A stretch of 63,858 nucleotides of DNA, filler included, from Octopus bimaculoides (GCF_001194135.2; 8 parts of 8 records of this genome joined end to end with filler, not necessarily neighbours in it); one strand, 5' to 3'. Positions 39,886-54,300 are shown, counted from the first letter of the whole stretch. Notes: generated from the sequence alone by a model not told the origin. Numbers and translations are program-made.

Positions 39886-40699
39886 TCTTATATATACCTA
39901 CATACATACACCCACACTTCTACTCATGCACTCATTGACTTACCTTTCCACTCACCTTCTCTGCTAGGCGGTTACCCTGCCTCTCAAGCAATCATTGGTT
40001 CATTATTTTTTGCTTACTCACATTCTCGCTCACTCAGTCACTTGCACAACCATTGGCTCCCTCACTCAATGCATCTGTCTTTCACACCATCACTCCCACC
40101 CCTCTTCTTTCTCCCTTCCTAACACACCCACTCCCTGTCCTCCACTCTCCATCTTCCCTCATCATTCCCTCTCCCCCCACAACACCGTCAAGTTTGATAT
40201 CTACCCCAGTACATCTGACTCGGCAATATATTATGTTCATACAAGACAGGATCACTCGCTTGCACAGGGGTTTCTGTTGTCGACCCACTGCCCCACCGCT
40301 TAACAAAGAGAAATACAGTGAGAGAGAGAGAGAGAGAGAGANNNNNNNNNNNNNNNNNNNNNNNNNNNNNNNNNNNNNNNNNNNNNNNNNNNNNNNNNNN
40401 NNNNNNNNNNNNNNNNNNNNNNNNNNNNNNNNNNNNNNNNNNNNNNNNNNNNNNNNNNNNNNNNNNNNNNNNNNNNNNNNNNNNNNNNNNNNNNNNNNNN
40501 NNNNNNNNNNNNNNNNNNNNNNNNNNNNNNNNNNNNNNNNNNNNNNNNNNNNNNNNNNNNNNNNNNNNNNNNNNNNNNNNNNNNNNNNNNNNNNNNNNNN
40601 NNNNNNNNNNNNNNNNNNNNNNNNNNNNNNNNNNNNNNNNNNNNNNNNNNNNNNNNNNNNNNNNNNNNNNNNNNNNNNNNNNNNNNNNNNNNNNNNNNN

Positions 40700-40735
<36 letters not shown>

Positions 40736-40894
40736 AGGGTGTACACATCGTTATACATGTATCTGTATATACTTTACATACTTACATACATGCATATATA
40801 CCCGCTCATATATATACCCAGATATGTATCTATATGTACCTGTAGATGAAGGTATGTACATACATGTACATACATATGCATATACTCATATATT

Positions 40895-40935
<41 letters not shown>

Positions 40936-41177
40936 ATCGTAGAACGGCGCAATAACAACAATACTGAATACAAATGAAAGTTGTATTCATGTCATCATAA
41001 TTTCTTTCTCTACAAAATTAGATGAGTCATCACCCATCGTAGGCCACTGACTTTTACAAGAATACATTAGGTCCGTTCACTGTCCAAGAGGACACTATCA
41101 AGTCTGTTGTGTTTGTTTCACTTTCATATATTCTTTATGTATGCGTGTTTCTCTCAGAATTTCTTATTTCTAACCGT

Positions 41178-41400
41178 ATACGAGTGGCTGATGAAAAGTT
41201 CTCAGCTTTCGGAAAAAGAAAATACAGGAGGTTCAGTTAATTATAATTTTATTCAACGTATTCCTCTGTCAGATTTATACACTTATTGTAGCGGCCGTTC
41301 AGTTTTTTTCCAAGCCCTGTAAAAGAATTCGGGTGGTTAGGCCTCCAACCACGCATTTCGCGACACCCTTAGAAACAGGAACTTTTGAGTACCCTCTCGC
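41178..41400. mobile_element. Mariner-derived MITE remnant
   Basis: Degenerate TIRs tacgagtggctgatgaaaagttct / aggaacttttgagtaccctctcg. Confidence 0.5.
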
Positions 41401-41631
41401 AGATGCATTCACCTTCTGTTACTTGTGCTTTCAGAAAAGGAATATTATTAGCGTTTCGGCAAAAGGGCCGGTAGAGTAAGTACTAGGCTTTAAAAGAAGT
41501 GCTGGCGTCGATTTCTGTGACTAAAACACTTGAACTTGGTGCCCCAGCATGGCCTCATTTCAATGACTATAACAAGTAACAGATAACACACACGCAAACA
41601 CACACACATACACACTAATGTCAACCTCTCA

Positions 41632-41692
<61 letters not shown>

Positions 41693-41848
41693 TACATACA
41701 TACATACAGAAACACACATACACATACAGTATTTGATGAGTTCAGATTCACTGGAATATAGAGGTTAACAAGGATTGTTTTTTCGCCCTCCAGCAGTCGT
41801 TTCGGCGCTAGAGAGTTATTCTTCAAAGTTATTAACGTCTACACACAC

Positions 41849-41895
<47 letters not shown>

Positions 41896-42180
41896 TCTCC
41901 CGGCATCGTGTTTAGAAAAAATACTGGTGGTGCAAAGCTTGAATCTGTCCTCCGGGATAATTAAACGAAGAGAAAAAAAAATGTCGGCCCCCACATAGCG
42001 TATACAATGTTATATAACGTTATATGAAACATATAAACAGATTTCAAGGTATTTAAGTCTTCTCAACAAAATGGCTTCTGNNNNNNNNNNNNNNNNNNNN
42101 NNNNNNNNNNNNNNNNNNNNNNNNTTAATTAATTAANNNNNNNNNNNNNNNNNNNNNNNNNNNNNNNNNNNNNNNNNNNN

Positions 42181-42560
42181 GTCTTCTTCACGCCTATCAC
42201 TGTTTGTGACTGTTCTAATTCAACTGTGGAATGTCCCTCGCTGTGGTTATTTTCCCAGAGGTTCTGGCCACACGTCTTACGGTTCATCAACCCGCGCTGT
42301 TGAATTACTTTCTTCTGACATACCTTCCCTTGGTGGATTCTGAGCCCGATGTAACTAGCAAACACCTTTCCGCAGCAGCTGAATTCCTCGTCTACCAATC
42401 CTTTACCGCATCCTTTCTCATTATCCATTTCCGGTCCAAGTCTGTTTCGTTTTTTTCCGTCCCTATTTGATCTTTTATTGTCCCCCCATGGTCCGGGATT
42501 ATGGGGGCATGATTTCCCATGCTTTTTCGTTGCACTTTTACCCCGGATCGGGCTGCAAGC
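42181..42560 (-). mobile_element. 5' end of an R2-superfamily (HERO/NeSL-like) non-LTR element with N-terminal zinc finger
   Basis: ORF MDNEKG...SCCGKVFASYIGLRIHQGKVC preceded by a GC-richer 5' UTR; second copy at 55028-55287. Confidence 0.55.
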
Positions 42561-43759
42561 CCATTGATCCTTCGTTACGCTGTCGTACTGTCTTACACTT
42601 GTAAGAATGTATTAGCATTTATATATACATATATATATATACATACACACATGCACATTCATAGGACAGTAATGGCTATACAATAAAATACAATGATTAA
42701 ATAAAGCAAAATAAAACAGATTGATTTAATTACTTCATTTTTACATGTTTCAGAATTACCTTAGAGACAGCTATTGCAACACATTCTCTTGTGATAGCCA
42801 TCACTAAGGTATTTATTGAAACATACTTAAAGTATGAAGCATTTAAATTTATTTGTTTCTTTTTTAGGGGTGATGGGTATGAAGAATGCATACAGATAAT
42901 TTTGGTTTAAACATTGTCAAATACTTGTCTATAGATTTGTGAGTGTGTGTGTTAAAGAGAAAGAGACAGAAAGACAAACAGAGAATGAGAGAAAGAGAGC
43001 GAGAGACAGACACAAGCGAAAGAGGACAGATTGAAAGCACATGCAAGTGTATCTCTGAATGACAATTGTATTAATGTTACTACCCCGTGGGGTGGGGGGA
43101 AGGCATGCATGTGTGTATATGTATTCAAGCTTTAGTAATCTTAGAGGTCAGCTAAGGACAATCGCATATGTAACCAGCCATGAAGAACAAACCAACAGTA
43201 CAAAGAAATCAAATGCCAATCCCTTTAAAATGGCTATCACTTTAACAGTAGCAGAATCACCATCCCACTACATCTACACATTCAAAGCAGTTTGCCAACG
43301 GTCCTTCAGCAACAACACACCTTTGATAAACTCAGTGACTACTACTAAATTTGGGCCATGACAGACAGAGAGGATGTTCTTGAAGCCAAGGATTTTGAAC
43401 TTACGGAGACAATATTTACATATCACCTGAGGAAACAACTAGATCTCATAATTCAGGGAAGTAGTTACATAATCAAGTACCTGTACACCTCGAGAACTAC
43501 ATTGCATGGTAACAATTGTAGTGATTAAAAAATAATGTCCAACCGTACTCCTTGTCGTTGATTCTGATCTTTTCCATTATCTATTCACTTACAACAAATG
43601 CCCAAATGCAAACCAGGAAGTACATATAATGCTACTACTAGATAGCACAGGGAAAATCTGAAGGTGGACGAGCTTTATACTGCACTCTACTATATTCTTA
43701 ACAGAATATACCATAACTCTCTATATATAACTGGTTGGTTATGATGACGTGTGTTCCAG

Positions 43760-44075
43760 GGTTGGTTATGATGATGTGTGTTCCAGTTGATCCAATCAAA
43801 GGAACAGCCTGCTCATAAAATTAATGTGCAAGTGGCTGAGTATACACGGGTTCTCTAAACAGAGTTCTCATTCACAGGGAGATTCAGCATGACACAGAAT
43901 GTGACAAGGCTGACCCTTGGAAATACAGGTACTACTCATTTTTGCCAGCTGAGTGGACTGGAGTAATGTGAAATAAAGTATCTTGCTCAAGGACACAATT
44001 TGCCACTGGATATCAGACTCAAGACCTTACAATCATAAGCCAAATATCCTAACCATTAAGCCACACATGCCTTCA
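43760..44075 (-). mobile_element. tRNA-derived SINE family B
   Basis: Reverse-complement match to 39567-39885. Confidence 0.7.
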
Positions 44076-45592
44076 CACACACATATATTATCATCATCAT
44101 CATCATCATTATTATTATTTAATGTCTGTTTTCCATGCTAGTGTGGACTGGATGGTTTGACAGGAGCTGGCAATCCAGAGGACTGCACCAGGCTCTATTG
44201 TCTACTTTGGCATGGTTTCTATGGCTGGATGCCTTTTCTAACACTAGTTACTTTACAGAGTCTACAAAGTGTTTGTTGCATGGCACAAGTAACAGCAAGA
44301 CCACCTAGTGACTCACAACCCAAGACCCCTCAACCGAGTGAGGTGGCTTTGTACTAAGTGATGGTAGTGGGACTGACTGATATACATAAAATATGATGAT
44401 AACTGCCCACTTATGACTGAGGAAAACCAACACCAACCACTAAGAACCTTGTGCACTCAGACAAAATTATACTTTACATTTTTGGCTCAGCTTGTGACTA
44501 ATGAGCCTTGATAAACATACAGGTCCACAAATATTGCCAACCAAATATACATACTTACACACACACATACACAAATGTGTAGGTTCAATTACACAAGCTT
44601 TGCCTTTAAAAGCTGAATTTGAAAAAATTTGTAAATACCTCTATATTTTAAAGATTCACTGAATTAGTTGTGGGCATTTTATTTTTTGCTTACCGTACAT
44701 TGTGGAGTTCCATCATTGTTTGCTTATTATTTTATAAATATTTACAATTTTAGAAAAAATAATAAAACAATTTTATTTTAACCGTTTGAATTTCTGTATG
44801 AATTAATCTGTGTCATGTGATTTAACTGATATTTGTAAACCAAAATATAATTGTTATTGTGATTATTTAATGCTAAAAGTATGCATTCTGTTAGAATGCA
44901 AAGTTCAACTAACTAGCACTAGAAGTTCATGAGTTTTGAATAACAATGATTTTGCAAATATATACATATATTGCACTAACAAATAATCCTATATGTGGTA
45001 ATGCTATGGAATTCTGAGTAATTAAAATAAAATAATTAACAATGGTTAATGTGCTGAATAGAAATCTGTTCAAAATATGTTATAAATCTTCAGGTTTATA
45101 ATGTTTGCAGAGGTATATTTTTTATTATAATTCAAACTTGTTTTTCTTTCCTCTTGATTTTCCAGTTTTCTAAAAATTGTTTTCAAAAAGATATATGTTT
45201 TTAAGCAAGAAACCCATTTTACTTTCTGTTGTAACTTCTTAGAAGAGAAAAAATATGTGCCAGCCATTTGTTCTCTAAACCAAATCCAAAAGGAAAATTT
45301 GAGATCTCTCTTGTGAAGTATCCTCTTAGTGTTTACTTTAGGTGAACCAGGCCTTCTTAATGAGCACAGTGAAATGCTTTATGAACACACTTAAAAAAGT
45401 AGTCATCAATGAGTGGGGCATCTCAATCAGTAAAGAGTTAGATTTAAGGCTGAAATGTAATGATAAGATCTGCATTATTAAAAGTTGCATAATTTTGTTT
45501 TGAAAGGTTACTTTTAATACAACATTTTTCACTTAGATTGGTAAGGAAATATTTATTCATAAAGTATTGTTTTTCTTATATTTTTGCTTTAG

Positions 45593-45777
45593 GTCATCAG
45601 ATCCTGCTAACCCTAAATGGTTTATGGTTGATGTGAAATATATTCGAACATTGAACAATTTTATACCTCTTTCACTACTTAAGGAATATCATTTCAAACA
45701 CAAAGCAAATGGTGGCCCGTTAAAGAACCTGGCTTTATTTTGCCAAGCAAGACTTTCAGTCCAACCAGTTAGTCAAG
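45593..45777 (+). CDS. THYN1: Thymocyte nuclear protein 1 (EVE domain), penultimate coding exon: SSDPANPKWFMVDVKYIRTLNNFIPLSLLKEYHFKHKANGGPLKNLALFCQARLSVQPVSQ
   Basis: Closely resembles the vertebrate THYN1 C-terminus (NPKWSMVDVQFVR...FIPLAELK..H..HKATGGPLKNMVLFTRQRLSIQPLTQ). Acceptor tttttgctttag at 45581-45592; donor G|gtacaa at 45778 (phase 1). Confidence 0.93.
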
Positions 45778-48587
45778 GTACAAAGAAATGTTTCATACTT
45801 CACAACTCAAAGGAAATTGTACATTAATATAACTAGCCTTTGTTTATTCTTGAAATCATTTTTACAGAATATTCTACAATCAGTTCTCATTGAAAACAAA
45901 GAATTTTTCATAACTGATGGACAATGGATGTTAAATGATGATGATGAAATGTAGAGAAGAACAAACAACTTCATCAGTATCATTATCATCATTTAACACC
46001 CATGTTCCATGCTGGTATATTGGATGGTTTGACTGGATCTCATGTATCCAAGGTCTGCATTAGGCTCCAGTATCTGCTTTGACATGGTTTTTATGGCTAT
46101 ATGTTCTTCCTAATGCCAACCACTTTACAATGTATATTGGATGCATATAAAAGTAGACACTGGCATATACTCTACTCCTGAAAATATGCTTGTAAAAATA
46201 CAAATGAACCTTGTGTTTGTTCTAAAGTAGGGCTATGTTAATGTCTCACATGGTAATTAGCTTAAAATTAAAGGTTTTTGGCATCCACTATAAGAGTTGT
46301 TCATATTATGGGAAGGATAAAGTTGAAGTTAGTAGTCCATGGAAGAATCAAGTTATGATAGATCATTCTGATTGTGAGTTGGCTGGCACAAGAGTAGCCA
46401 GTGCTGGCCAATAGAAATGTTCATTGTGTAACCATTGTCATCTTTTTAAGTCCACTTTTTGTGCTAATGTTGTAGATCACATTGTAATGACCTGAGACGA
46501 AGAGGTTATGTTTTGCACATATGCTTTATTTTGTCATGGGTTCTTACTGGATGCCCTTCCTAACACCAACCACTTTACAGAATGTGTTGGGTGTAGTTTA
46601 TTGTTTTAATAACATACATCATATGCTATTGTCTCTTTCAACCCTATGTTATCATTACTTGTGGCACCAGCATTAGTGAGGTTACCTTGTACTCTGCAAG
46701 TGAAAGAGAGTGGGGTTTCTCACCACTATACATAGTTACCATTGAGGTCAGTGGTACCAACAGAGTAGGTAGAATATAGGGTGAAAGCTGAAGACGAATG
46801 AAGATGGGAAGGGAGAAAGAAGGAGGAGTGTGAGTGGTGAGCAATGATCAAATGACAGTGTATAGGGAGTGAGAAATGAGAGACAGATGGTGTTAAGAGT
46901 GATGAAGAGAGTCTACTAGTAAGCAGACAGCAATGACAGTGTAATGAGAGACAATAATTACAGAGAGAGAAGTGAGAGAGAGCCAGTGAAGTATATCTAT
47001 AATTTGTGGTTTGGGGAAGTTCAGTGGTGGCTAGTATTATAGAAAGGTAAAATTTAGAGAATAAGGGATGTCAATAAATATGACTCGAGGGGAGATTTAA
47101 GGGGGTGGGGCAGTATGTTTCTGTATAAATTATTTTTCCAATTCAGTGTTAGTCATGGTATTGGTTTATATTTGTTCAAGGTACATCTAATAACCGAATG
47201 AGATGTCTGAAGAGACCTTCTGCCAATCTAAGAAACTTTTATTTGTTTTTAACTGTTGTTACTTGGTGATGAAGTACAAAATAAGTTACAGAAAAGAGTA
47301 TTAAATATGAAGTATACTACAAGTGATATATATATATATATATATAGTAACAGTTACTATTGCTTTAAGTTTTGTGGATAGTGGAGACATCCTCCTCATC
47401 AAATATGCAGAGATAAAGTGGAGAGAATTTAAAAGAAATTTAAAATGGCTTCTGGGTTTTTAAGCTCGATAAGATCAGGTCATGTAGCTGATTATGCTAT
47501 GAAAGTAACATCAGTTATTGTTAGATTTGTGTTTCAGGCAAGATGTAGGTATTGGTTACATTTTGTCAACATTCTGCAGGACGGTACGGTCAGCAACACA
47601 AGTTCTTTACATTGGATACCACATGCAGTGGGACAAAATGTTGGCACCAATCAATCAAATAGTCATCATTCTGTAGAGTGTGAACTTTTTAGCAACAACA
47701 TTTATTACATAGGGGTGGCATAACCAATTTGATAGTATCAGGTTGCAAATGAAATGACATAACTGACATGAATAGGCTGTAGTCTCTTACTGACTGCAGG
47801 AATTGTATAACCTAGCCTAATGTGCAGGCCATCTAGTTAAGGGTAGTATATGTGGGTTACCAGCAATCAGACACTTAAAATGCATAACAGGAGATATATC
47901 TAGTGGCAACAATAAGATAGGTCATTTTATCTATTGATGGATACTATATGTGCAGTTTCTTATAAAAGCACAGATGGTAATTATAGTGGGGTGTAACCCT
48001 GTTCAGTATCTGCTTCTACTGATAGATTTCTAATTATATCTAGGGGATGGTTGGAGTGTCTATGAATATACAATTTCCTTGTTGGCCTTTCTGTAAGGAT
48101 AGTGTTTGCCAATCTCATGCTCTAAGATTATGTTCAAGAAGTTAACCTTTGTTAAATTGGTGGTAACAGTTGTAGTTAGGTCACCCTTTTTAAGATAGGA
48201 TGTTATCTAATGTAGAATTTGGCTGCTGCTTCTAGCAGAATGAGTGACTACATAAATACTGCTTGTTGTATTTTGGTGGTAGTGGTTGATAAGAGTGGTG
48301 GAGATCAGTAGTGCTACATGGGCGATAGTTATACCTGTACATACATGCCTGAAATAAAATAGAAATAAAATTTTACAGTTGAGAGTTCGTACACATACAA
48401 CTTTAACAATTGTTGTATCTCATTTTATTGTGTAATGATGAAATCCAGTTAATGTATTTTAAATGTGAGAACTCAAATCTGAGACCTTGATATTTATAAC
48501 AAGCATTCTCCTTTATACTGCTAGTTTTATTATTTCTAATCATTCTTTTTTTTTTTTTTTTTTTTTTTTACATATTATTGTGAACAG

Positions 48588-48631
48588 AAGAATGGGATTT
48601 CATTATGACACTTGAAAAGAAAGAAACTTGA
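48588..48631 (+). CDS. THYN1: THYN1 terminal coding exon: (E)EWDFIMTLEKKET-stop
   Basis: Long poly-T tract then tgaacag|AA GAA TGG GAT TTC ATT ATG ACA CTT GAA...TGA; joins the previous exon in phase 1; matches the vertebrate EEFDFVLSLEEKEPS ending. Upstream THYN1 exons were not found in the window. Confidence 0.88.
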
Positions 48632-48634
48632 AAC

Positions 48635-48640
48635 AATAAA
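48635..48640 (+). terminator. Candidate polyadenylation signal AATAAA for THYN1 (further AATAAA near 48675, 48766, 48893)
   Basis: AATAAA 4 nt after the TGA stop; which hexamer is actually used cannot be determined. Confidence 0.3.
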
Positions 48641-49796
48641 ATATTTCACTAATTTAATTGACATGACATTGAAAATAAATTGTAAGCTAAATATTTTATA
48701 TGTCAGAATTTTTTTTATAAATACTAGTTATGTATGTGAATGTTAGCACCCAATGTTCATCCTAAATAAAATTGTATTTTTCACTTTATTATATTTTATA
48801 TTTTCAAATGTCATTTTCCTTTTTAACTTTCTTCATTTATCCCATCATTGTCACTTTCCTTTCTCCACTCTTACAATGCTGTTATTTGTATAAATAAAAG
48901 GTATCCAAACCATCAACCTTATTCCAGTATATATATGTTTTAATTACAATAGGTAATGGAATATTTCGTCATTATCAAATATAGTGTCAAAACTGGTCGT
49001 AGATCCAACATAATGATATAACAAATATTTAATCTTTTAATATTTAAACTGGTCATATCTGGCCCGAATATTCTATTTCTTTTTATGTTTAAACCAGCCT
49101 GATCTGGCCTCTCATATCTAACCTACAATTACTTTAAAAAAGTAAAGCTCTTTTTCTTGTCTTTCTATCTGTAAGGTTAGAGTCCATGACCAAAGAAATT
49201 TGGGTAGTTTTTTATGTGGAATTCACTGAGAAAGCAAGATGGTCTCAGGAGTTTAGGCTTTGATCAGTTGCAGTGTTATGTTTATTTGTATGCTATGGTT
49301 GAAATGTTAGTTCACTTAATATCATTTTCTCATATCATAATCGTCATCATCATCATCATCATTTAGCATCTGCTTTCCATGTTGGCATGGGTTAGACAGT
49401 TTGACTGAAGCTGGTAAGCTGGAGGGGTGCACCAGGTTCCAGTCTGATTTGGCGTGGTTTCTACAGAGGCATGCCTTCCTAACACCAACCACTACAAGTA
49501 GTCATCACTACAATTTCACTTGGCTTGACAAATTTTCTCAAGCATGGCATATCGCAAAGGTCTCAGTCACTTATCATAGCCTCCGTTAGGCTCAATATCC
49601 GAAGGGTACTTTTTATGTGACACCAGCACCAGCCATGGCCACGATTTCACTTGGCTTGACAGGTTTTCTCAAACACGGCATATCACCAAAGGTCACAATC
49701 ACTTCTCATTCATTGCCTCCTTGAGGCCCAATGTTTGAAGGATGCTTTTTACGTACCACCAGCATTAGCCATGACTACAATTTCATNNNNNNNNNN

Positions 49797-50095
49797 ATAT
49801 ATCTTTTACTTGTTTCAATCATTAGACTGCAGCGATTCTGGGACACTGCCTTGAGGAAATTTTAGTTGAATGAATCAACCCCAGTACTTAATTTTATTAA
49901 GCTTGGTACTTGTTTTGTTGGTCTCTTTTACTGAACCACTAAGTTACAGGAATGTAAACACACCAACACTGGTTGTCAAGTAGTGGTTGGGGCACAGACA
50001 CAAAGACACACATATATATACAACGGGCATCTTTCAGTTTCCATCTACCAAATCTGCTCACAAAACTTTAGTCAGCCCAAGGCTAAAGTATAAGT
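49797..50095 (-). mobile_element. tRNA-derived SINE family A, lacking its head
   Basis: Matches the 61604-61900 segment. Confidence 0.7.
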
Positions 50096-50799
50096 CTGCT
50101 AGGTCAGCACCAACTTCGGTCAAAAACAGCAGCAATACTAAAATGTAGTGCTACAAACTGTTAATGTAAACAAAAAGTGAAGAAAGTAAGTAGTGTTCTG
50201 CCAGGGAAGCAAAAGAAATACAAGAAAAAATGTGTTTTATGAAAAAGGATGGAATATCTAGCCTATTTTCTAGGATGCCTTATATTTTTAATGATTTAGC
50301 TACAATACAACATCATGGAGTACATATTAAATACTTTGGTTATAATATCATGTTAGTGCAAAAATAATTGCAGTTTATATTTAGATTTTGATACATACAT
50401 GACAGTAAACTTTAGTTTTATTCATGTAATACACAATTTGAAGCACATATTTCACTCTTTATTCTTGTTTATTTAGTCTGCCGAATTAAACATGGGAAAA
50501 AAAAACCTATGAATTCTAAACAAAGCAAAGCAGGAGAAACGACTTGCAATATGAACCAAGCATATAGCCAAGTCTATTTTATGGTCTACCCAAAATACTC
50601 AAACAAGTTCAAAAATTCAAAAAAGTTCCACCAATGCACCCAATTTGCAGCTGATATGAATGTTGTGTAGCCAGAATTTTAGAGTAGCTGGATTGTTTTC
50701 TACTCCCTGTAGCAAAAAGATCAAGTTCCTATATTTGGGATACTTTTGATTTTGTGTCCGAAATTAACAACTTTTCTAAGCTCCAAAGTAGTGTCAAAA

Positions 50800-50890
50800 A
50801 CTGTTTTTAGGTAACCATGGATGTTTCTTTACTATATCCCAATATTGATCAGGATGAAGGGATGGAAGCATGCATGAATGCCTTCGAAAA
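50800..50890 (+). mobile_element. Small Penelope-like RT fragment
   Basis: VTMDVSLLYPNIDQDEGMEAC (PLE DV.SLY.NI motif). Confidence 0.6.
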
Positions 50891-51169
50891 ACAGTCAAAC
50901 AAAAATATTCCATCTAATTTTCTGTTATTGAAGTTTGTGTTACTTTGTAACACAATGAAGTTTGGGCAAAAAAGTTTTACCACCAGATCATGATTCACTA
51001 CTTATTCAGATGTGCTAAAAGTTTGTTATGTTTTTACAGTTGTAATTAAAAGAAATAATTTTCATTTAGGACATAATTTTGGAAGTTTTGCATAACATTG
51101 TTTTGGAGTTGTTTCAAAGAAATAAACAAAATGCTTAAAGAACTACAGTATGTTTATCCGACATTGGTC

Positions 51170-51345
51170 AATTAAAAAGTACCAGTTCTTTTCCATGACA
51201 ATGCCTGACTACATAACTCACAAATGACTCTGTAGAAGACGAACAAACTGTACTATGAAACTCTACTTCCCAGGCCTCTCTCCGACCAACTATAAGTTTT
51301 TCAAGCATTTCAATAATTTCTTGTAAAAGAAAATTTGAGCAATAG
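51170..51345 (+). mobile_element. Mariner transposase catalytic-region fragment
   Basis: FHDNA*LH...LSPTNYKFFKHFNNFL (HDNA and YSPDL-region motifs). Confidence 0.6.
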
Positions 51346-54300
51346 CTCAAAACTAGTAACAACCATAAGAGTATCAGCATGATAGCAATGTCTGTAACTA
51401 CATATGATGTATGTGTATGTAAAGTGTGGAATTTTTTATTGACAGAGGTACAATGGGCAAAATGTCCATGAACTTTGAACCTGATAATGCTTTGGCTAAG
51501 TGTTATCATATAGTCTTCCTCTTGCCTCACTCCTTCATCCTTTCATCTTTTCATTTCCATTTTTACATCCATAGAAGTATGACAATTTTTTGCTCCCACA
51601 AAACAGTTTTCTTTTTTGTCAATGTACTTGTTAATTATTGGTTGTTGCTGTTGCTGAATTTACCAACAGCCCTGAAAATTGTGTATATCTATCACAATTC
51701 ACTTAGGCTTCCCAGTATGTGACTTAATATGGTGCAAATATAGTTGTTTTATAGATAACCATGAGTATTGGTTGCATATTACCCAGACAAGGAAAGATTA
51801 GTTGCAAAATAAACTTCCTGTTACTGTGAAAAATTGCTCTCAGTACTCTGGATCCAATAGGCTTTGATTGCAGAGACAAGCACAGCCTATGTGGAGTGAC
51901 GTCATCCCCTGAGAAACAAAATAAATGTTGTAGACACATTTGTTCAGTCTCAGGTAGTTGAATATGTATTAGATCCAGGTTGTGTGGCTTTGAATGCAGA
52001 CAAAGCAAAATCTATAAATAGCTGTAATCTTATCAACAGTATAGCACAGGCCTGGCCAATTCAACTTTCATTGCAACCCACTTTAATAACACCAAGTTTT
52101 TTGAGGGCTGCTTGTATACTTTATGTACTAATAGTCAAATAATCAAATTATAGAATCATGAATTTTTCATTTTTTTCGTTTGCTTCAAGTTATAAAATTA
52201 TAGGCTATTGTCTTGTAGTGTACACTCGAGTGAAATTCTTCTCTTCTTTATTATTTATATGGGCATTCGAATGTAGCAAATAACAGCTAGCCTTTGGCCG
52301 CTATTTGAACCCCTTGTGTCCACTACTCTGATTGGTTGGTTTTGGCACAACTTGTCTCTTACTCTGTCTTGCCAATCTGCAGCGTATAACCAATCAGAGC
52401 TCTAAATAAGATCACATGAGGCAGCCTGTTCTTAACTCAGTCTGAATCTACAGCTCCTTATAAAAACCAAGCTACTACTCGTCTTGAGATTTTTGTTTCC
52501 AGACCATTTGAGGTTTAGCCCCTGACCACACAAGATACAGCCAGTTCTAGCGACGATGCCAGATGATAACACCCAATCCAACAGCATTACGGCAATCTCT
52601 TTCTTCGTCGCTACCATCTTCTTAATGTCAATAACATCACTACGTACACAACTCAACCAGCAACACTGCACAGGTTCTAACGTAGCACTGTTCGTGAATT
52701 ACCTCACCATAGTTAACAGATAATATACAACCTGCGAGAACTCTTGTACAAGTGACCCACACAGCAGAATAACAGCCACATCATTTGTCAGAGTTGGAAC
52801 ATGTTTCAGAGAGACTTTATCAGCTTTGCCTCTGCCTTTCATTAATGACCATAGCTGAACATCCTAATTGTCCTCCCCATTGAAACAGCATTGTTTGTGA
52901 CTGAACAATCCAGTGTGTAAATGACAGTCTCTGCCACACAACCTCACTTGCAGGCTGTCCTGGTGCTGTTTGGGTTGTTGTGCTCTTTTCTGTGGATCTG
53001 CCTTTCTTCCACTACATTCATCAGTCTCTCTAGTGTAGGGTGTTTAATAGGAGTCAAGCCCCGGCAGTATGGTATGTACAGCTCTGTTGCATGACTTTTA
53101 GAGGCCTTCTGCAACTTTTTGTTTTGAGGCCCCATCCCTACAATCAAAATTCATAATCTACACACCTTTTATTCATAGCTGTATTTTACCTTATTCTATC
53201 TGAAGTTCAATATTTCACGTTATCCTAAAGAACATCTTTAAAAGTAGAAGTTAAATTTATTTAGGCCTATTACAGATTTCAATAAGTAAAGCTTCCAGAT
53301 ATGAATAAAAGAGCACTTTTATCATCGAAACAACTTTCAAAGACAAACATGGTGCACTTTTCACTTCGTGGAATCATTGATCAGTTCAGAATAATCAAGC
53401 TGAGAGCTAAGTTCATGTTCAATAGATATCATAGACATTCCACAAAGTCTGGTACACGTTTGTGCTACAATGTAATATTTTAACAAGAACTTTTGCAGAT
53501 ACAATTTATTACTATTTTATTTCTTGAAATTTTCATTAAACATAGATAGTTTAATTCTTGTTCAACATCTTAACAAAAGTAAATAGACAACTCATCTACA
53601 TACTTTGATCGTAACATGGGGTCTCTCAACTGTGGAGGCCCCCTATGACTGCAGGGGCTTATCGATGGCCCTGTTATGGAAGACAGGTTGTTGCCTATGC
53701 AGTTTATCTCTCTTCTCCACATTACTGATTGATCCACAGGAACAGCATGGCCATTTCAATTTGGCATCAGTGTCATTACAGTAGTTGCCAGAACAAGGTT
53801 CTAAACGAAGCCAAACTATCTCAGGGGCTCTGACTTGATTTTTCCTCAGGGTTTACTCCCAGAAACGTTCCCTACAACTGAGTATGGCTACAAGGCAGTA
53901 GAGGTTTAGGATCAGGGTTTTCCTTCTAGATGGGTTCTCCCTCACCCAGGCTAATGAACTCCATATGCCTGACTGACTTGCTAATTAGCCCATAGTTGGA
54001 ACCTTGACAAGTGCTTCTACTTTAGATCAAAGTAGACTTGAGAAAAATAGTGGCTAAGAGGTGATTCCACACTACACAAAACCCTGGAACTCCTGAACCA
54101 GGGCCCTATTTCTGGATGCAATTTACCCAGGACCAATTATCCAAGTCAACTTTTCTTGCCATACTGTGGGAGAAATACTCCATTGTGGATCTCACTGAAA
54201 CTTTGTAGAGTATTAGTAATTGTAGAAGACTGAAATATTTTCTGGTTCTAAAGAGAAGGACAAATCTTCAAGATACTTTTCTAACAATAATCTATGTTTA

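Noticed and set aside
41179-41205. YEWLMKSS resembling the THYN1 N-terminal YWLMKSEP
   Set aside because: Lies in a mariner-type TIR, has no splice acceptor, and similarity stops after 5 residues.
45342-45395. Acceptor followed by GEPGLL, resembling THYN1 KEPGI
   Set aside because: The rest of the frame is unrelated and hits a stop; no donor.
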